64,000 bases of DNA from Myxococcota bacterium (GTDB lineage: Bacteria; Myxococcota_A; UBA9160; SZUA-336), in assembly GCA_965247115.1 (NCBI GenBank), contig CBDFGR010000003.1:1568001-1632000 (forward strand), given 5' to 3'. Positions 19,402-29,463 of this stretch are shown piece after piece. A model generated the notes under the pieces. It saw only the letters and a program-made list of their open reading frames with translations, searched no databases and was not told the origin of the DNA. Every line of letters starts with the position of its first letter. The stretch's first letter is position 1. Made by a program: the position numbers and the translations under genes.

Positions 19402-19755
19402 ATGAAGCTCTCTGGCGTACACCACGTCTCTCTGAACGTTCACGACACCGACGAGGTCGGGAAGTTCTACACAGAGGTCCTGGGTCTCGAGAAGCTGCCG
19501 CGTCCAGACTTCGGGATTCCTGGCATGTGGCTCCGATCCGGCAACCAGGAGATCCACCTGATAGAGGTGAAGGAGCACGAGGCGCCCTCTGGCTACCACT
19601 TCGCCTTCAAGGTCGAGGACATCGAGCAGACCATCGAGGAGCTGACTGCCAAGGGCGTCAAGGTCAGCGAGCCCCGTGGCGTGCCCAACGGCGGCCGCCA
19701 GTCCTTCTTCAAGGATCCGGCGGGAAACATGATCGAGATCAACCAGCCCGTCTGA
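19402..19755 (+). CDS. VOC/glyoxalase family protein
   Basis: HHVSLNV, FYTEVLGL, HFAF, FFKDPAGNMIE; GGAGG RBS. Confidence 0.9.
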   Translation: MKLSGVHHVSLNVHDTDEVGKFYTEVLGLEKLPRPDFGIPGMWLRSGNQEIHLIEVKEHEAPSGYHFAFKVEDIEQTIEELTAKGVKVSEPRGVPNGGRQSFFKDPAGNMIEINQPV

Positions 19756-19819
19756 ACGGGGGCGGTTCGCGAGCCGCACCCCTACCATGTGCAGACCTCC
19801 CCGTTGCTGGAGGCTGCGC

Positions 19820-20593
19820 GTGAGCGAACAGACCTATTCGAGCTACCTCAAGCTGGACGGCCTGCTCGGCCTGCAGCAGCCGCAATCCGAGGGTCCCGAG
19901 CACGACGAGCTGCTCTTCATCGTGGTGCACCAGGTGTATGAGCTGTGGTTCAAGCAGCTGATCCACGAGCTCGAGCACCTGTGCCGGGCGCTCAGCGAGG
20001 ACCGGGTCCCGGCGGTCATGTCTACCTTCAAGCGCATCCTGACCATCCTGAAGACGCTCGTGGCGCAAGTGGACGTTCTGGAGACGATGACGCCGGTGAC
20101 GTTCAGCTCCTTTCGAGGCCGGCTCGACGCTGCGAGCGGGCTCCAGTCCAGGCAGTTTCGGGAGATCGAGTTCTTACTGGGCAAGCGGGATACAGCGCTG
20201 CCCCAGGCAGGGGAGAGTCGGTCCCGGCTGGAGAAGCGCCTGGCTGAGCCCGGTCTGTACGAGTGCTTCTTGCGCTTTGTGGCGGCCAGCGGGTACGAGG
20301 TTCCGAACGAGCTCGTCGAGCGAGATCGCTCCCTCCCGGCCGCGGAAGATCCGCGGCTGCGCGAGATCCTGGTGCGCATCTACCGCGAGAACGCAGTGGC
20401 GCGCGAGGTCTGTGAGCGCATGGTGGACCTGGACGAGGGTCTGCAGGAGTGGCGTTACCGTCACGTGAAGATGGTCGAACGCACCATTGGAATGAAGCCG
20501 GGCACAGGTGGAACCCACGGCGTCGAGTATCTTCGTGCCAGCCTCTTCCGTCCGCTCTTTCCAGATCTGTGGACGATTCGCTCCTCTCTCTAG
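19820..20593 (+). CDS. kynA: Tryptophan 2,3-dioxygenase
   Basis: YSSYLKLD, HDELLFIVVHQVYELWFK, ASGLQS, WRYRHVKMVERTIG.K.GTGG. Confidence 0.95.
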   Translation: MSEQTYSSYLKLDGLLGLQQPQSEGPEHDELLFIVVHQVYELWFKQLIHELEHLCRALSEDRVPAVMSTFKRILTILKTLVAQVDVLETMTPVTFSSFRGRLDAASGLQSRQFREIEFLLGKRDTALPQAGESRSRLEKRLAEPGLYECFLRFVAASGYEVPNELVERDRSLPAAEDPRLREILVRIYRENAVAREVCERMVDLDEGLQEWRYRHVKMVERTIGMKPGTGGTHGVEYLRASLFRPLFPDLWTIRSSL

Positions 20594-20601
20594 GTGTGGG
20601 G

Positions 20602-21792
20602 ATGAAGCCGGAACAGCTCTACGCGAGCCCCAACGCTCTGGCCCCTCTCTACTCGCGCTTTCGCGTCGCGGAACGTCTGCTCTTGACGGGCCACTCCCAT
20701 CAGGCCTGGCCGGACCGCGCGTTCGACGGTCAGCTCGCGGCCTTCACGGCTGCCGCCGAGTGGGTCGATGCGAAGTGGGACAGGGCGTTCGAAGTGGCTG
20801 CGCGGGTGAAGTCGGGCTTTGCGGCCATGCTGGGCGACACGAGTGGTTCCTACGCGCTTGGCTCGAGCACGCACGAGCTCCTGGTGCGCTTTCTGTCCGC
20901 TCTGCCGTTGCGCGAGCGCCCGAGGCTGGTCACCACCGATGGCGAGTTTCACAGCATGCGACGCCAGCTCGAGCGCCTTGCCGAGGAGGGCGTGGAGGTC
21001 GCGAGGGTAGCGGCGGGGCCGCCGAGCTCGCTCGGCGGCCGGTTACTCGAGGCGCTGGACGAGCGCACGGCGGCAGTGCTGACCTCAGCGGTGTTCTTCA
21101 ACACCGGCGAGATTGCGGACGGACTGGGTGAAGTGCTGGAAAGCTGCCGGCGGCACGGCGCCGAGCTGCTGGTCGATGCCTACCACGCGCTCAACGTGAT
21201 CCCGTTCCGCCTTCCGGAACAGGGATTGCTCGACGCGTACGTCGTCGGGGGCGGGTACAAGTACCTGCAGATGGGAGAGGGAAACTGCTTCCTGCGCGTT
21301 CCGCCTGGACGCACACCCCGGCCAGTGGTGACAGGCTGGTACGCGGAGTTCGAACGGATGGCAGACGCGAGCCCGGAGCGTGTCGACTACGGAAGCGGGG
21401 CGGCCGCGTTCCACGGCGCGACGTATGACCCGACCAGCCACTACCGCGCCGCCGCCGTGTTCGACTTCTTCGCGGACATGAAGCTCGACGCCGTCCTGCT
21501 GCGCGAAGTGAGCCAGCATCAGCTGGGACTTCTGATCCGCGAGCTCGACGCGCTCGATCTCCCGCTCGAGCTGCTGTCGCTCGACCACTCCGTCCCGCTC
21601 GAGCGACGCGCCGGCTTCCTGGCCCTGCGTTCCCCTGAGGCGGCCCGCATCAGCACGAACCTTCGCGCTCGGGGCGTCCTCACGGACGCGCGTGGCGAGG
21701 TGTTGCGTCTGGGCCCGGCACCGTACCTGAGCGATGCGCAGCTCGGCGAAGCGGTGGCGCACCTCGGAGAGGTGGTTCGCAGCCTCTCGTGA
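20602..21792 (+). CDS. kynU: Kynureninase
   Basis: LTGHSHQAWP, DAYH, GGYKYL PLP site; adjacent to kynA. Confidence 0.85.
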   Translation: MKPEQLYASPNALAPLYSRFRVAERLLLTGHSHQAWPDRAFDGQLAAFTAAAEWVDAKWDRAFEVAARVKSGFAAMLGDTSGSYALGSSTHELLVRFLSALPLRERPRLVTTDGEFHSMRRQLERLAEEGVEVARVAAGPPSSLGGRLLEALDERTAAVLTSAVFFNTGEIADGLGEVLESCRRHGAELLVDAYHALNVIPFRLPEQGLLDAYVVGGGYKYLQMGEGNCFLRVPPGRTPRPVVTGWYAEFERMADASPERVDYGSGAAAFHGATYDPTSHYRAAAVFDFFADMKLDAVLLREVSQHQLGLLIRELDALDLPLELLSLDHSVPLERRAGFLALRSPEAARISTNLRARGVLTDARGEVLRLGPAPYLSDAQLGEAVAHLGEVVRSLS

Positions 21793-21862
21793 GCTCGTCG
21801 CTCCTGGGCCCACAGGGGTGGTATCCTCGTCTCTCGCTCTGTTTACCTGGAAGGAGCTGCGA

Positions 21863-22405
21863 GTGTCTTTGAAGGTTACGTTCGAGCTCGGGGATCGCGA
21901 TCTCAGTTACTTCCGACGGATCATGCGGGAGTCGCGGCGGAGCTCGCGCAGCATGGACGAGAAAGACGTGATTCTGGGTACCAAGGGGTTGCTCGCTCGG
22001 GTGAGACGTCGCGAGGTGCCGCGTTTCGTGCGCGACAGACTGACCAAGCTCGAGACGCTGAGCACGATGCTACAGGACGAGGAGTGGGGACTCGGCGGGA
22101 CCGATCGCAATCGAGTGGTCTCGGCGCTTGCGTACTTCAACGATCCGCGCGATCTCATTCCGGATGACGTTCCGGGCTTCGGCTTCCTCGATGACGCGGT
22201 GATGGTGGAGCTCGTCGTTCAAGAGCTGAAGCACGATCTGGAAGCGTACGACGACTTTTGCAACTACCGGCGCACGGAGGCGGGTAAGAGGCGCGGGAAC
22301 GGCAACGCCACCGTCACGAGGGAGCAGTGGCTGGACGCGCGCCGCCGTCAGCTCCACGGGCGCATGAGGCGCCGTCGAGCGCGCAGAACGTCTCGCGTCT
22401 GGTAG
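21863..22405 (+). CDS. YkvA/DUF1232 family protein
   Basis: ALAYF..P.DLIPD.VPG.GFLDD; AAGGAG RBS. Confidence 0.85.
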   Translation: MSLKVTFELGDRDLSYFRRIMRESRRSSRSMDEKDVILGTKGLLARVRRREVPRFVRDRLTKLETLSTMLQDEEWGLGGTDRNRVVSALAYFNDPRDLIPDDVPGFGFLDDAVMVELVVQELKHDLEAYDDFCNYRRTEAGKRRGNGNATVTREQWLDARRRQLHGRMRRRRARRTSRVW

Positions 22406-22420
22406 CGGCGGTAGAGGGCG

Positions 22421-23053
22421 CTACTCCCAGCGGTCCCAGCGCATGATCTCCTGTACCGGCAGACGCGTGACGGGACCGAACTTTCCCAGCGGATAGCCCA
22501 CCGGAATCAGACACATGGGCTCGATCGTGTCGGGGAGCCCGAGCACCTTCTTTGCCGCGGGTCGGTCGAGCAGGCCAAGGGTGGTCGGCGCGGCTCCGAG
22601 CCCGAGAGCACGGGCAGCGAGCAGGAGGTTCTGCACCGCCGGCCAGATCGACCCTCCCGCGGCCATGGACTCGGCGGGCGAGACCGGAGCCGCGAACTCC
22701 GCGCAGGCGATGATCAGCGCTGGAATCTCCTGCATGTGCTCCGCCTGCCACATGACGGATTTCAGCATGCGCGCGCGCTTCTCGGCGGGCTGATGGGGTA
22801 GGGAGGTCGGTCTGCCCGAGCCCGGACCCACGTACGTGTTCACCGCCTTCTTGTTGAGCTCCGCGAGGCGGGCCTTCTGGGCAGGATCCCGCACCACGAT
22901 CCAGCGTCCCAGCTGTGCGTTCGACCCGGTCGGTCCCTGGTTGGCAGCTTCGACGAGCCTGGTGAGCAGCTCCTCGGGCACCGGGTCGGGCTTGAGCCGC
23001 CGCATCGCGCGGCAGTTGTAAATCACCTCGAAGATGCCCAAGTCGTCAGACAA
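22421..23053 (-). CDS. Nitroreductase family protein
   Basis: RAMRR, GPTGSNAQ, QNLLLAARALGLG, IPVGYP. Confidence 0.9.
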   Translation of the reverse strand: MSDDLGIFEVIYNCRAMRRLKPDPVPEELLTRLVEAANQGPTGSNAQLGRWIVVRDPAQKARLAELNKKAVNTYVGPGSGRPTSLPHQPAEKRARMLKSVMWQAEHMQEIPALIIACAEFAAPVSPAESMAAGGSIWPAVQNLLLAARALGLGAAPTTLGLLDRPAAKKVLGLPDTIEPMCLIPVGYPLGKFGPVTRLPVQEIMRWDRWE

Positions 23054-23172
23054 GTCGCTTCTCCTCGTCGATGTGCGTCGCCATGCCGGCTGGAGTCTGG
23101 CGGCAGTGAGCCCGTATCATATACGCCGCGCGCTCGCGGGGGGACGATCGCGCACCCCGGAGGGAGGCTCGA

Positions 23173-24495
23173 CTGACCGCACGACCGTGGCTCCGCGCGC
23201 TCGACCAGACACTGCGTCCCCGAGGGCACGTCTTCCACGGTTGGTGGATCGTGGTCGCCGGAGCGGGCGTCCAGACGATCACGGCCGCGCTGCTCATGCA
23301 GAGCTACGGCGCCTACTTCGTGCTGCTGCAGGAGGAGTTCGGCTGGAGCAAGGCGCTGATCGCCGGAGCCTTTGCCATGTCGCGGATCGAGAGCGGGATC
23401 CTCGGGCCACTGCAGGGCTGGCTGATCGATCGCTTCGGGCCGAGGGCCGTGATGCGGATCGGGCTCCTCATCTTCGGCGTCGCATTCATGCTCTTCAGCC
23501 GGATCGACTCGCTCCTGACGTTCTACGTCACCTTCTTCCTTCTCGCGCTGGGCTCCAGCCTCGGCGGGTTCGTCTCGGTGACCGTGGCGCTCGTGAACTG
23601 GTTCAATCGGCACCGCTCGAAAGCGGTGGCTCTCTCGCAGCTGGGCTTCTCGCTGGGCGGGCTCGCGGTGCCGATCGTGATCGCGGCTCTCGGTCTCTAC
23701 GGCTGGCGCACCACCGCGTTCGCGTCCGGAGTTCTGGTGCTGCTGGTTGGGCTTCCGCTCTCCCAGCTCGTCCGCCACCGCCCCCAGCAGTACGGCGAGA
23801 GGGTCGATGGCCTGCCGCCGCTGCCAGAGGCCGAACGTCGTTCCGCAGCGGTCCGCGAGAACTCAGAGGACTTCAGCACGCGCGAGGCAATGCGAACGCG
23901 TGCGTTCTGGTTCATCTCGCTCGGCCACTCGTCTGCGCTGCTGGTGGTGTCTGCCGTCATGGTCCACATGGTGCCGCACGTGCACGAAACTCTGGGGCTC
24001 TCGCTCACCACAGCCGGCTCGATCGTCGCCCTCATGACCGCGATGCAGCTGGTCGGCCACCTCAGCGGTGGCTACCTCGGCGATCGCTTCGACAAGCGCA
24101 TGATCATCGTGATCTGCATGGTTTTCCACGGCGCCGGTATGCTCCTGCTCGCGTACGCGAGCTCGCTCTGGATGGTGATCGGCTTCGCGCTGCTGCACGG
24201 CTGGGGGTGGGGGACCCGGGGCCCTCTCATGGTGGCAATCCGTGCCGACTATTTTGGAGCCAAATCGTTCGGAACGATCATGGGCTTCTCGTCGCTGATC
24301 GTCATGCTCGGGATGACCGTGGGCCCGATCATCGCGGGAGTCATCGCGGACCGGACGGGCAGCTACTCGACCGGGCTCGCAACGCTAGGCGTGGCCGCGA
24401 TGCTGGGCTCTGTCTTTTTCATCTTTGCTACGAAACCGCTCCACGCTGCCATCGCCACCGAGGCACCACTGCACGAGACGCGGACCGGCGGTTAG
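23173..24495 (+). CDS. MFS transporter (start uncertain: CTG 23173 or GTG 23251)
   Basis: FHGWWIV, GWLIDRFGPR, GYLGDRFDKR; about 12 hydrophobic segments. Confidence 0.88.
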   Translation: MTARPWLRALDQTLRPRGHVFHGWWIVVAGAGVQTITAALLMQSYGAYFVLLQEEFGWSKALIAGAFAMSRIESGILGPLQGWLIDRFGPRAVMRIGLLIFGVAFMLFSRIDSLLTFYVTFFLLALGSSLGGFVSVTVALVNWFNRHRSKAVALSQLGFSLGGLAVPIVIAALGLYGWRTTAFASGVLVLLVGLPLSQLVRHRPQQYGERVDGLPPLPEAERRSAAVRENSEDFSTREAMRTRAFWFISLGHSSALLVVSAVMVHMVPHVHETLGLSLTTAGSIVALMTAMQLVGHLSGGYLGDRFDKRMIIVICMVFHGAGMLLLAYASSLWMVIGFALLHGWGWGTRGPLMVAIRADYFGAKSFGTIMGFSSLIVMLGMTVGPIIAGVIADRTGSYSTGLATLGVAAMLGSVFFIFATKPLHAAIATEAPLHETRTGG

Positions 24496-24505
24496 GAAGG
24501 TCCAA

Positions 24506-25264
24506 GTGGATTCGCATCAGCGCGTGGATGTGGGGGGCTTCGAGCTGCGTGTCCGCGAGCTCGGTCAGGGTTCTCGGACCTTCCTCTGCCTGCACGGGCT
24601 CGTGGACTCGCTCGAGATCTGGAACCGTCTCGCGCCTGCGCTTGCGGAGCGCGGTCGCGTGGTCGCCATCGATCAGCGCGCCCACGGAAAGTCGGACTCT
24701 CCCCCGGGTCCCTACCGGCGGGAGGACCTGGCCGACGACGCGATCCGCGTGCTGGGTCTGCTGGGCGTAGAGAGCGCCATCCTCGTCGGTCACTCCATGG
24801 GAGGCATCATGTCCATGACGGCGGCGCTCCGGCACCCCACCCGGGTGGCCGGGCTCGTCCTCGTTGGCACTGCCAGCCAGTGCACCGAACGCGTAGCGGA
24901 GTGGTACGAGCGCATCGCGCAAGCTGGGGAGAGGGACGGCCTCGACGGGCTGGCGCACGTGATCTACGGCAAGGCCTCCAAGCGCAAGGTCCGCGGCGAC
25001 CCCGCGGGAATCGCCCACGTAACGCGTACTCTGAAAAGCCTCTTCACGGACCCGCTCACTCCAAAGCTGGCCGACCTAGCGCTCCCCGCGTTGCTCGTAG
25101 TTGGAGAGAAGGATCCGATGGGCCCCAAGGCCTCCGAGATCATCCGAGACCGCCTCTCGGGCTCCCTCCTCCACGTCTTGCCGGGCCTGGGCCACTGGAC
25201 CCATCTCGAAGCCCCCGAGAAACTGATCGAGTCGCTGGATCACTGGCTGAACCGAACGTCTTAG
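24506..25264 (+). CDS. Alpha/beta hydrolase
   Basis: LHG, DQRAHGKS, GHSMGG, GEKD, GH. Confidence 0.9.
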   Translation: MDSHQRVDVGGFELRVRELGQGSRTFLCLHGLVDSLEIWNRLAPALAERGRVVAIDQRAHGKSDSPPGPYRREDLADDAIRVLGLLGVESAILVGHSMGGIMSMTAALRHPTRVAGLVLVGTASQCTERVAEWYERIAQAGERDGLDGLAHVIYGKASKRKVRGDPAGIAHVTRTLKSLFTDPLTPKLADLALPALLVVGEKDPMGPKASEIIRDRLSGSLLHVLPGLGHWTHLEAPEKLIESLDHWLNRTS

Positions 25265-25269
25265 CTTGT

Positions 25270-26082
25270 TCAGACGCCGCGGAAGTCCGGTTTTCGCTTC
25301 TCCATGAAGGCGCGGCGGCCCTCGATGTAGTCGCCGCTCTCGAAGCACTCGCGGACGAGCTGCTCCACCCGGTCGAGGTCCCGGGTCTCACGGTCCTTCA
25401 CGGACTGGAGGATGCCCGCCTTGGCGGCCCTCACGGTGAGTGGTGCGTTTTCGGCGATCGAGCTGGCGAGCTCGCGCACGCTGGCTTCGAGCTCCGGTTT
25501 CGGGACCACGCGGTTGATGAGGCCCATGCGGAGCGCCTCCTCGGTCGAGAAGCGACGCGCAGCGAACAGGATCTCGCTGGCGTACGCTGGTCCGACGAGC
25601 GTCACCAGGGGCTTGACCCCCCCGAAGCCGTAGCCGACGCCGAGGCGGGCCGCCGGGATCCCGAACTGGGCCTCTTCGGAGGCGATGCGTATGTCGGCGG
25701 ACATGGCGGTCAAGAGCCCTCCGCCCATGCAGTAGCCCTGGATCATCGCGATGAGCGGCTTCTCGAGCTTCGCATACGCCGCAGCCGCAAGCCCAGCGGA
25801 CCCGTCGTACTGCTTGATTGACTCGGGGCTCGAGCGCCTCTTCTCGAACTCGGAGATGTCCGCTCCGGAGATGAAGGCCTTCTCACCGGCGCCTCGGATG
25901 ACGACGACGCGGACATCGGGATCGGCCTGGAAGTCCTCGAGGATCTGCGGAACGGCCTCCTGCATCTCCATGGACATCGCGTTATGGCGGGCGGGATTGT
26001 TGTAGATCATCCAGCCGATGCCGCCATCCTTCTCCGCGATCATCTTGTCCGTGTTGAGCTCCACTCCTGACTCCTTCCTCAT
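25270..26082 (-). CDS. Enoyl-CoA hydratase/isomerase
   Basis: AFISGADI, GYCMGGG, DIRIA, EGRRAFMEKRKP. Confidence 0.92.
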   Translation of the reverse strand: MRKESGVELNTDKMIAEKDGGIGWMIYNNPARHNAMSMEMQEAVPQILEDFQADPDVRVVVIRGAGEKAFISGADISEFEKRRSSPESIKQYDGSAGLAAAAYAKLEKPLIAMIQGYCMGGGLLTAMSADIRIASEEAQFGIPAARLGVGYGFGGVKPLVTLVGPAYASEILFAARRFSTEEALRMGLINRVVPKPELEASVRELASSIAENAPLTVRAAKAGILQSVKDRETRDLDRVEQLVRECFESGDYIEGRRAFMEKRKPDFRGV

Positions 26083-27260
26083 ACGACTCGCTTCTCTCTC
26101 AGCTCGGAGATGGTCTGGCTGTCATAGCCAAGCGCGGCCAGCACCTCGTCGGTGTCCGCGCCCTTGTCGGGTGCGGCGCTGCGCATGCGCTGTGGCGTCC
26201 GGGTCAGGTTGACCGGCTGCCCGACGACCTCGATCGAGCCGAGCTTCGGATGCTCGACCGGGGTCGCGATGCCCAGGTGGCGTACCTGCGGATCCGCGAA
26301 GGTCTGATCGATGCTGTTGATCGGGCCGCACGGAATGCCGAGCTCGTTGAGCAGGTCAATCCAGTGGGCGCTCTCGCGCTTTTGTGTGTACTCGTCGATC
26401 TCCGCGTTGAGAGCCTCGCGGTTCCGTGAGCGCTTCTCGTTGTCCGCGTACTCGGGCCGCTCCAGCAGCTCCTCGGCGCCGATGCCCTTGCAGAAGATCC
26501 GGAACATGCGATTCCCGGGTGCGGCGATGTTGATGTGGCCGTCGGCCGTCGGGTAGACACCCATGGGGATCCCCGTCGGGTGGTTGTTTCCCGCCTGCGG
26601 CGGAACCTCTTTGCTGATCAGCCAGCGCGCGGCCTGGAAATCGAGCATCGAGATCTGCGCCTCGAGCAGCGAGGTGTGGACCCACTGGCCTTCGCCCGAC
26701 CTCTCGCGCTCCAGCAGAGCGACCAGCATCCCGATGGCCAGGTACATGCCCGCACAGAGGTCCGAGATCGGCACGCCGACGCGAACCGGACCCTGACCCG
26801 GCAGCCCGGTAATCGACATCAAGCCGCCCATCCCCTGGGCGATCTGATCGACGCCGGGTCGCGATCGGTACGGCCCGTCCTGCCCGAAGCCAGAAATGCT
26901 GCCGTACACAATGCGCGGGTTCACCTTCCGGACCGACTCGTAGTCGACGCCGAGGCGGTGCTTCACCTCCGCACGGAAGTTCTCCACGACGACGTCTGCG
27001 TCGCGGACGAGCTTGAAGAAGATCTCGAGGCCTCGCTCCTCCTTCAAGTTGATGGTCAGGCAGCGCTTGTTCCGGTGCAGGTTCTGGAAGTCCGGTCCGT
27101 AGCGCCCCGTGCCCGTTATATTCTCGTCACTCGCGGGCGGCTCGATCCGGATCACGTCCGCCCCCCAATCCGCGAGCTGACGCACCGCGGTCGGCCCGGC
27201 TCGCGCCACCGTGAGGTCGATCACCTTGAAGTTCGAAAGCGGAAGGCCGCTCTGCTCCAC
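26079..27260 (-). CDS. Class III CoA-transferase (CaiB/BaiF)
   Basis: AGP, WGADVIRIE, HRNKR, VENFR, GFGQDGP; AAGGAGG RBS before GTG. Confidence 0.92.
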   Translation of the reverse strand: MEQSGLPLSNFKVIDLTVARAGPTAVRQLADWGADVIRIEPPASDENITGTGRYGPDFQNLHRNKRCLTINLKEERGLEIFFKLVRDADVVVENFRAEVKHRLGVDYESVRKVNPRIVYGSISGFGQDGPYRSRPGVDQIAQGMGGLMSITGLPGQGPVRVGVPISDLCAGMYLAIGMLVALLERERSGEGQWVHTSLLEAQISMLDFQAARWLISKEVPPQAGNNHPTGIPMGVYPTADGHINIAAPGNRMFRIFCKGIGAEELLERPEYADNEKRSRNREALNAEIDEYTQKRESAHWIDLLNELGIPCGPINSIDQTFADPQVRHLGIATPVEHPKLGSIEVVGQPVNLTRTPQRMRSAAPDKGADTDEVLAALGYDSQTISELREKRVV

Positions 27261-27466
27261 TGGCTCCTCCTTGCGGACCGCCAGGGCCCGTGTGACTGCG
27301 GAGATTCTACCACCCGGCCGACATCTGGAAGTCCCGACGCGCAACGACGCATGGGGCCCTGGCTGTCCGCTGACGGTCAGCGCTGAAGACGCAACGTACT
27401 TGCCCGTTCCGGAGCTCCTCTAGGCTGCTTGCTGCCTGCAAAACGGGCCACGTGCGAGGAGTGCGA

Positions 27467-28091
27467 TTGACGTTTCGCGAGGACGAGCTGAGGTATCAGA
27501 CGCCCTTCTGCAGCGATCTCTGCTCCCTCGGTATCAAACACCGAACCGACAAGAGCATGCACAACCGCACAGCCAGTCTGAACTACCTCGATGTCTACGA
27601 GGTCTATCTGGGAAGGCTTCGGAACGAGCCGATCCGCGTTCTCGAGATTGGCGTCCGGGATGGCGCCTCTCTCCGCATGTGGGAGGAGTACTTCCCGCAG
27701 GCCCGAATCTTCGGGCTCGACATCGATCCGGACTGCGTGCGTCAGCAGACAGAGCGAGTCTGCGTCGAAATAGGGGATCAGGCCGATCCCGGCGTGATCG
27801 AACGGATCGGCCGCGGTGCCGGCCCCTTCCACCTGATCGTGGACGACGGCAGCCAACCGCGACATCATCCGCACCTTCGAAGGCCTGTGGCCGTGGCTGG
27901 CGGCGGGCGGTGTCTACATCATCGAGGATCTGTACCACTCGTACGGTCCGCGCGAAAAGCCGACAGAGTGCAATCGCAGGAGCGAGCTCGCGCACCTCTT
28001 CGAGCAGATCATCGGGCAGGTGGACGATCCGGCGCGCGACGCCCTCGCGATCCACTTCTGGGACTCGATCTGTATCGTTCTCAAAGTGTGA
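27467..28091 (+). pseudogene. SAM-dependent methyltransferase, frameshifted near 27855
   Basis: VLEIGV..GASL, GDQAD, IVDDGS in one frame; continuation NRDIIRTF..GGVYIIEDL in another frame ending TGA 28091. Confidence 0.8.
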
Positions 28092-28159
28092 GAACTGCGT
28101 AGCCGCGGCGACTCGCCGATGATAGGGTTGGCGAGCGGGAGGTGAGGAGAGGAGAAGAG

Positions 28160-28471
28160 ATGGCAGTCGTTTCCGTATTTGCATGGGCGGTGAAGCCAGG
28201 TCGGACGCAGGAGGTGCTCGGGATCGTCGCCCAGGCGAAGAAGATTCACGAGCGTCTCGGCGCGCAAGTTCGAGTGTTGCTCCCGCAGTACTCGAGCGAT
28301 CCGGCGAACCTCACCTACATTCTCGAGCACGACAGCATGACCGCGCACGGAGAGTTCAGCGACAAGCTGCAGTCCGACCAGGAGTGGCAGGCCATCTTCG
28401 CGCAGATCCAGACCAACACGGATCCCTCTGCGGTGCTGAGCCAGTCGAACCTCTACATGGACGCTCCTTAG
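28160..28471 (+). CDS. Small dimeric alpha/beta-barrel (NIPSNAP-like) protein
   Basis: VKPGR..E motif, strong purine-rich RBS, coding-like codon usage. Confidence 0.7.
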   Translation: MAVVSVFAWAVKPGRTQEVLGIVAQAKKIHERLGAQVRVLLPQYSSDPANLTYILEHDSMTAHGEFSDKLQSDQEWQAIFAQIQTNTDPSAVLSQSNLYMDAP

Positions 28472-28493
28472 CGCCCAGAACAGCCTACTTCAT

Positions 28494-28523
28494 GGGTCGG
28501 TCGGGGGTTTTCCCGGCCGGCCC
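28494..28523 (+). terminator. GC-rich hairpin between convergent genes
   Basis: 13-bp stem with G-U pairs and GTTT loop; no strong U-tract. Confidence 0.4.
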
Positions 28524-28553
28524 CTTGCGTTTCAGGCACCGGCCCGACGGACA

Positions 28554-29345
28554 TCAATTCATCTCGATGCCGCCGTCGACGTTCAGCGCCTGCCCGGTGA
28601 TGTTCCGGGCCAGGTCCGAGACCAGGAAGGCCACCGCGTTGCCGATGTCCTCGGGAGTCTGCTCGCGGCGTAGCGGGCAGATTCTCTCCAGGAGCTCGTC
28701 GAAGGCCGTGCGTGCCTCGACCACCTCGGGGCTCGGGTCGCGGCGGATCATCCCCTCGATCTTGCGCCACATGTCGGTCCACAGCAGCCCCGGACAGACC
28801 GCGTTCACGTTGATGTTCGACTGCCCGAGGGAGGCGGCGAGCGACTGCGTCAGGCTGATGGCTCCGGCCTTGGACGCGGAGTAGGCCGACAGACCGGCGC
28901 CGCCCTTGCGGCCGGCGATCGATGCGATGTTCACAATCCTGCCGGCCTGACGCTCGCGGAAGTGCGGGATCGCGGCGCTGCTCATGATCCAGATCCCCTT
29001 CAGGTTCACCTGAAAGCAGCGTTCGAAGTCCTCCTCGCTCGTCTCGGCCCCGATGGTCTCTTGGATCACGCCGGCGTTGTTGACCAGGGTATCGAGGCCT
29101 CCGAAGCGCTCGAGTGTCTGCTCGATTGCGGCTCGTGCAGACTCCGGATCCGTCACGTCCGTGCGGATCACGAGCGCGGCTCGGCCCAACTCTCCGACGT
29201 CCTTTGCCGTGAGCTCTGCGTTCTCGACGTCGATATCTGCAATGGTGATATTCGCGCCCGCTCCGGCCAGGGCGAGGACGATTCCGCGGCCGATTCCACG
29301 GCCTCCGCCGGTGACGACCGCGGTCCTCTGTTCCAGATTGATCAT
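28554..29345 (-). CDS. SDR oxidoreductase
   Basis: VTGGGRGIG, NNAG, YSASK, NVDGG. Confidence 0.92.
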   Translation of the reverse strand: MINLEQRTAVVTGGGRGIGRGIVLALAGAGANITIADIDVENAELTAKDVGELGRAALVIRTDVTDPESARAAIEQTLERFGGLDTLVNNAGVIQETIGAETSEEDFERCFQVNLKGIWIMSSAAIPHFRERQAGRIVNIASIAGRKGGAGLSAYSASKAGAISLTQSLAASLGQSNINVNAVCPGLLWTDMWRKIEGMIRRDPSPEVVEARTAFDELLERICPLRREQTPEDIGNAVAFLVSDLARNITGQALNVDGGIEMN

Positions 29346-29463
29346 GACTCTCCTCCGCGCGCGCCTGGGCACAGGATACTCCAGCGCGAGACTTCGACTC
29401 GCAGATTCCATAAACTGCCCGGCTCCCCTCCTCGCGAAGATGACGTGACGGGAGCGCCCACGC

